In this document: one piece after another, positions 5,129-5,865 of the stretch
How the letters are laid out: each line of letters opens with the position of its first letter
Numbering within the stretch: position 1 is the first letter of the stretch
Assembly: GCF_006345805.1 (NCBI RefSeq)
Contig: NW_021829838.1
Location: forward strand, 1 to 5,865
Source: Octopus sinensis
Lineage: Eukaryota
Direction: 5' to 3'
Length of the DNA stretch: 5,865 nt
Notes under the pieces: model-generated
Told to the model about the DNA's origin: nothing
The model's input: only the letters and a program-made list of their open reading frames with translations
Database searches by the model: none
Made by a program: the position numbers and the translations under genes

Positions 5129-5384
5129 GGCGTGTGTGTGTTGTTGAGAAGCTCACTTCGCAACCACGCGGTTTCAGGTTCAATCCCACTGCGTAGCACC
5201 TTGGGCGTCTTTTATTATAGCCCCGAGCCGACCAGTGCCTTGTGAGAGATTTTGATAGACAGAAACTGCGTTGAAGCCCTTCATGTACATATATATGCAC
5301 GTATGTATGTGTGTGTGTGTTTTGTCTTTATGCTTGTGTTGGTTCCCTTTCACCATTTGACAACCGGTGTTGGTTTGTTAACGT
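5129..5384 (+). mobile_element. CORE-like SINE, family C copy 2 (C2), diverged and 3'-truncated
   Basis: B box GGTTCAATCCC (5177-5187), then CACTGCGTAGCACCTTGGGC...GCCGACCAGTGCCTTGTGAG...GAAACTG...GAAGCCC. A short TA/TATG/TG tract follows (~5284-5320), then TTGACAACCGGTGTTGGTTTGTTAACGT matching C1 ~2776-2801. Homology stops at a (GTT)n tract. Confidence 0.85.
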
Positions 5385-5443
5385 TGTTGTTGGTGATGGT
5401 GTTGCTGTTTCTGTTGCTGTCGTCGTCGTTGATGTTGTTGTTT
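5385..5443 (+). repeat. Degenerate (GTT/GCT/GTC/GAT)n tract
   Basis: TGTTGTTGGTGATGGTGTTGCTG...GTCGTCGTCGTTGATGTTGTTG. Confidence 0.85.
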
Positions 5444-5532
5444 TAAATTATGCAAAACACTCGTCTTTTATGAATCTATTCACGTTTACTGTTACCGGCA
5501 ATATTTTGGATTCCACTCCTATTGTATACTCT

Positions 5533-5631
5533 ACGACGACGACGACGACAATGATGATGGTGGTGGTGGTGGCGGTGGTGGTGGTGGCTGCTGCTGATGA
5601 TGATGATGATGATGAAGTTGATGGTGATGAT
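5533..5631 (+). repeat. Compound trinucleotide microsatellite (GAC)-(GAT)-(GGT)-(GCT)-(GAT)
   Basis: Read directly from the sequence. Confidence 0.92.
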
Positions 5632-5707
5632 ATCATTTTTGTGCTGATGTTGCAGTCAAGGTGGGGGAGGGGAGGAGGGAGACATTGTCGTCGTCGCTGT
5701 CATGGTT

Positions 5708-5769
5708 GTAGTAGTAGTAGTAGTAGTAGTAGTAGTATAGTAGTAGTAATGGTGGTGGTGGTGGTAGTG

Positions 5770-5816
<47 letters not shown>

Positions 5817-5859
5817 TCTTGTTCTTGCTCTTGTTCTTGTTCTTGTTTTTGTTCTTGTT
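5708..5859 (+). repeat. (GTA)n/(GTG)n microsatellite followed by (TTCTTG)n hexamer repeat
   Basis: (GTA)n from 5708 to ~5815 with a GTG block; about seven degenerate TTCTTG units from 5816. Confidence 0.95.
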
Positions 5860-5865
5860 GTGAGG

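Noticed and set aside
4684-5636. Remaining short ORFs in 4684-5636
   Set aside because: All overlap SINE or microsatellite sequence and are low complexity.

Overview
This is non-coding, repeat-saturated animal DNA. I find no credible protein-coding gene, RNA gene or CRISPR array. The window holds eight tRNA-headed SINE copies (plus one possible short 3' fragment) built on three head types, here called A, B and C, embedded in degenerate (CAA/TAG/TAA), (GAA), (TATG), (GTT), (GTA) and (TTCTTG) microsatellite tracts. The SINEs look like octopus (cephalopod) SINEs to me; this is recognition from memory, not a database result. All ORFs in the supplied track are low-complexity read-throughs of repeats. 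The most interesting structure is fivefold. (i) SINE modules are shuffled within the window: one head with two different 3' halves, and one 3'-half domain on two different heads. (ii) A dimeric SINE carries a ~184-bp duplicated unit and two alternative termini. (iii) A GTYGAT-N3-ATCRAC hairpin is shared between families. (iv) Insertion sites match the SINE tail. (v) An 18-bp minisatellite with a 9-10-monomer higher-order repeat is interrupted by a SINE with a perfect 15-bp target-site duplication. SINE domain shuffling is known in general, so any novelty is at the level of these particular families. I see no evidence for a new protein-encoded system.
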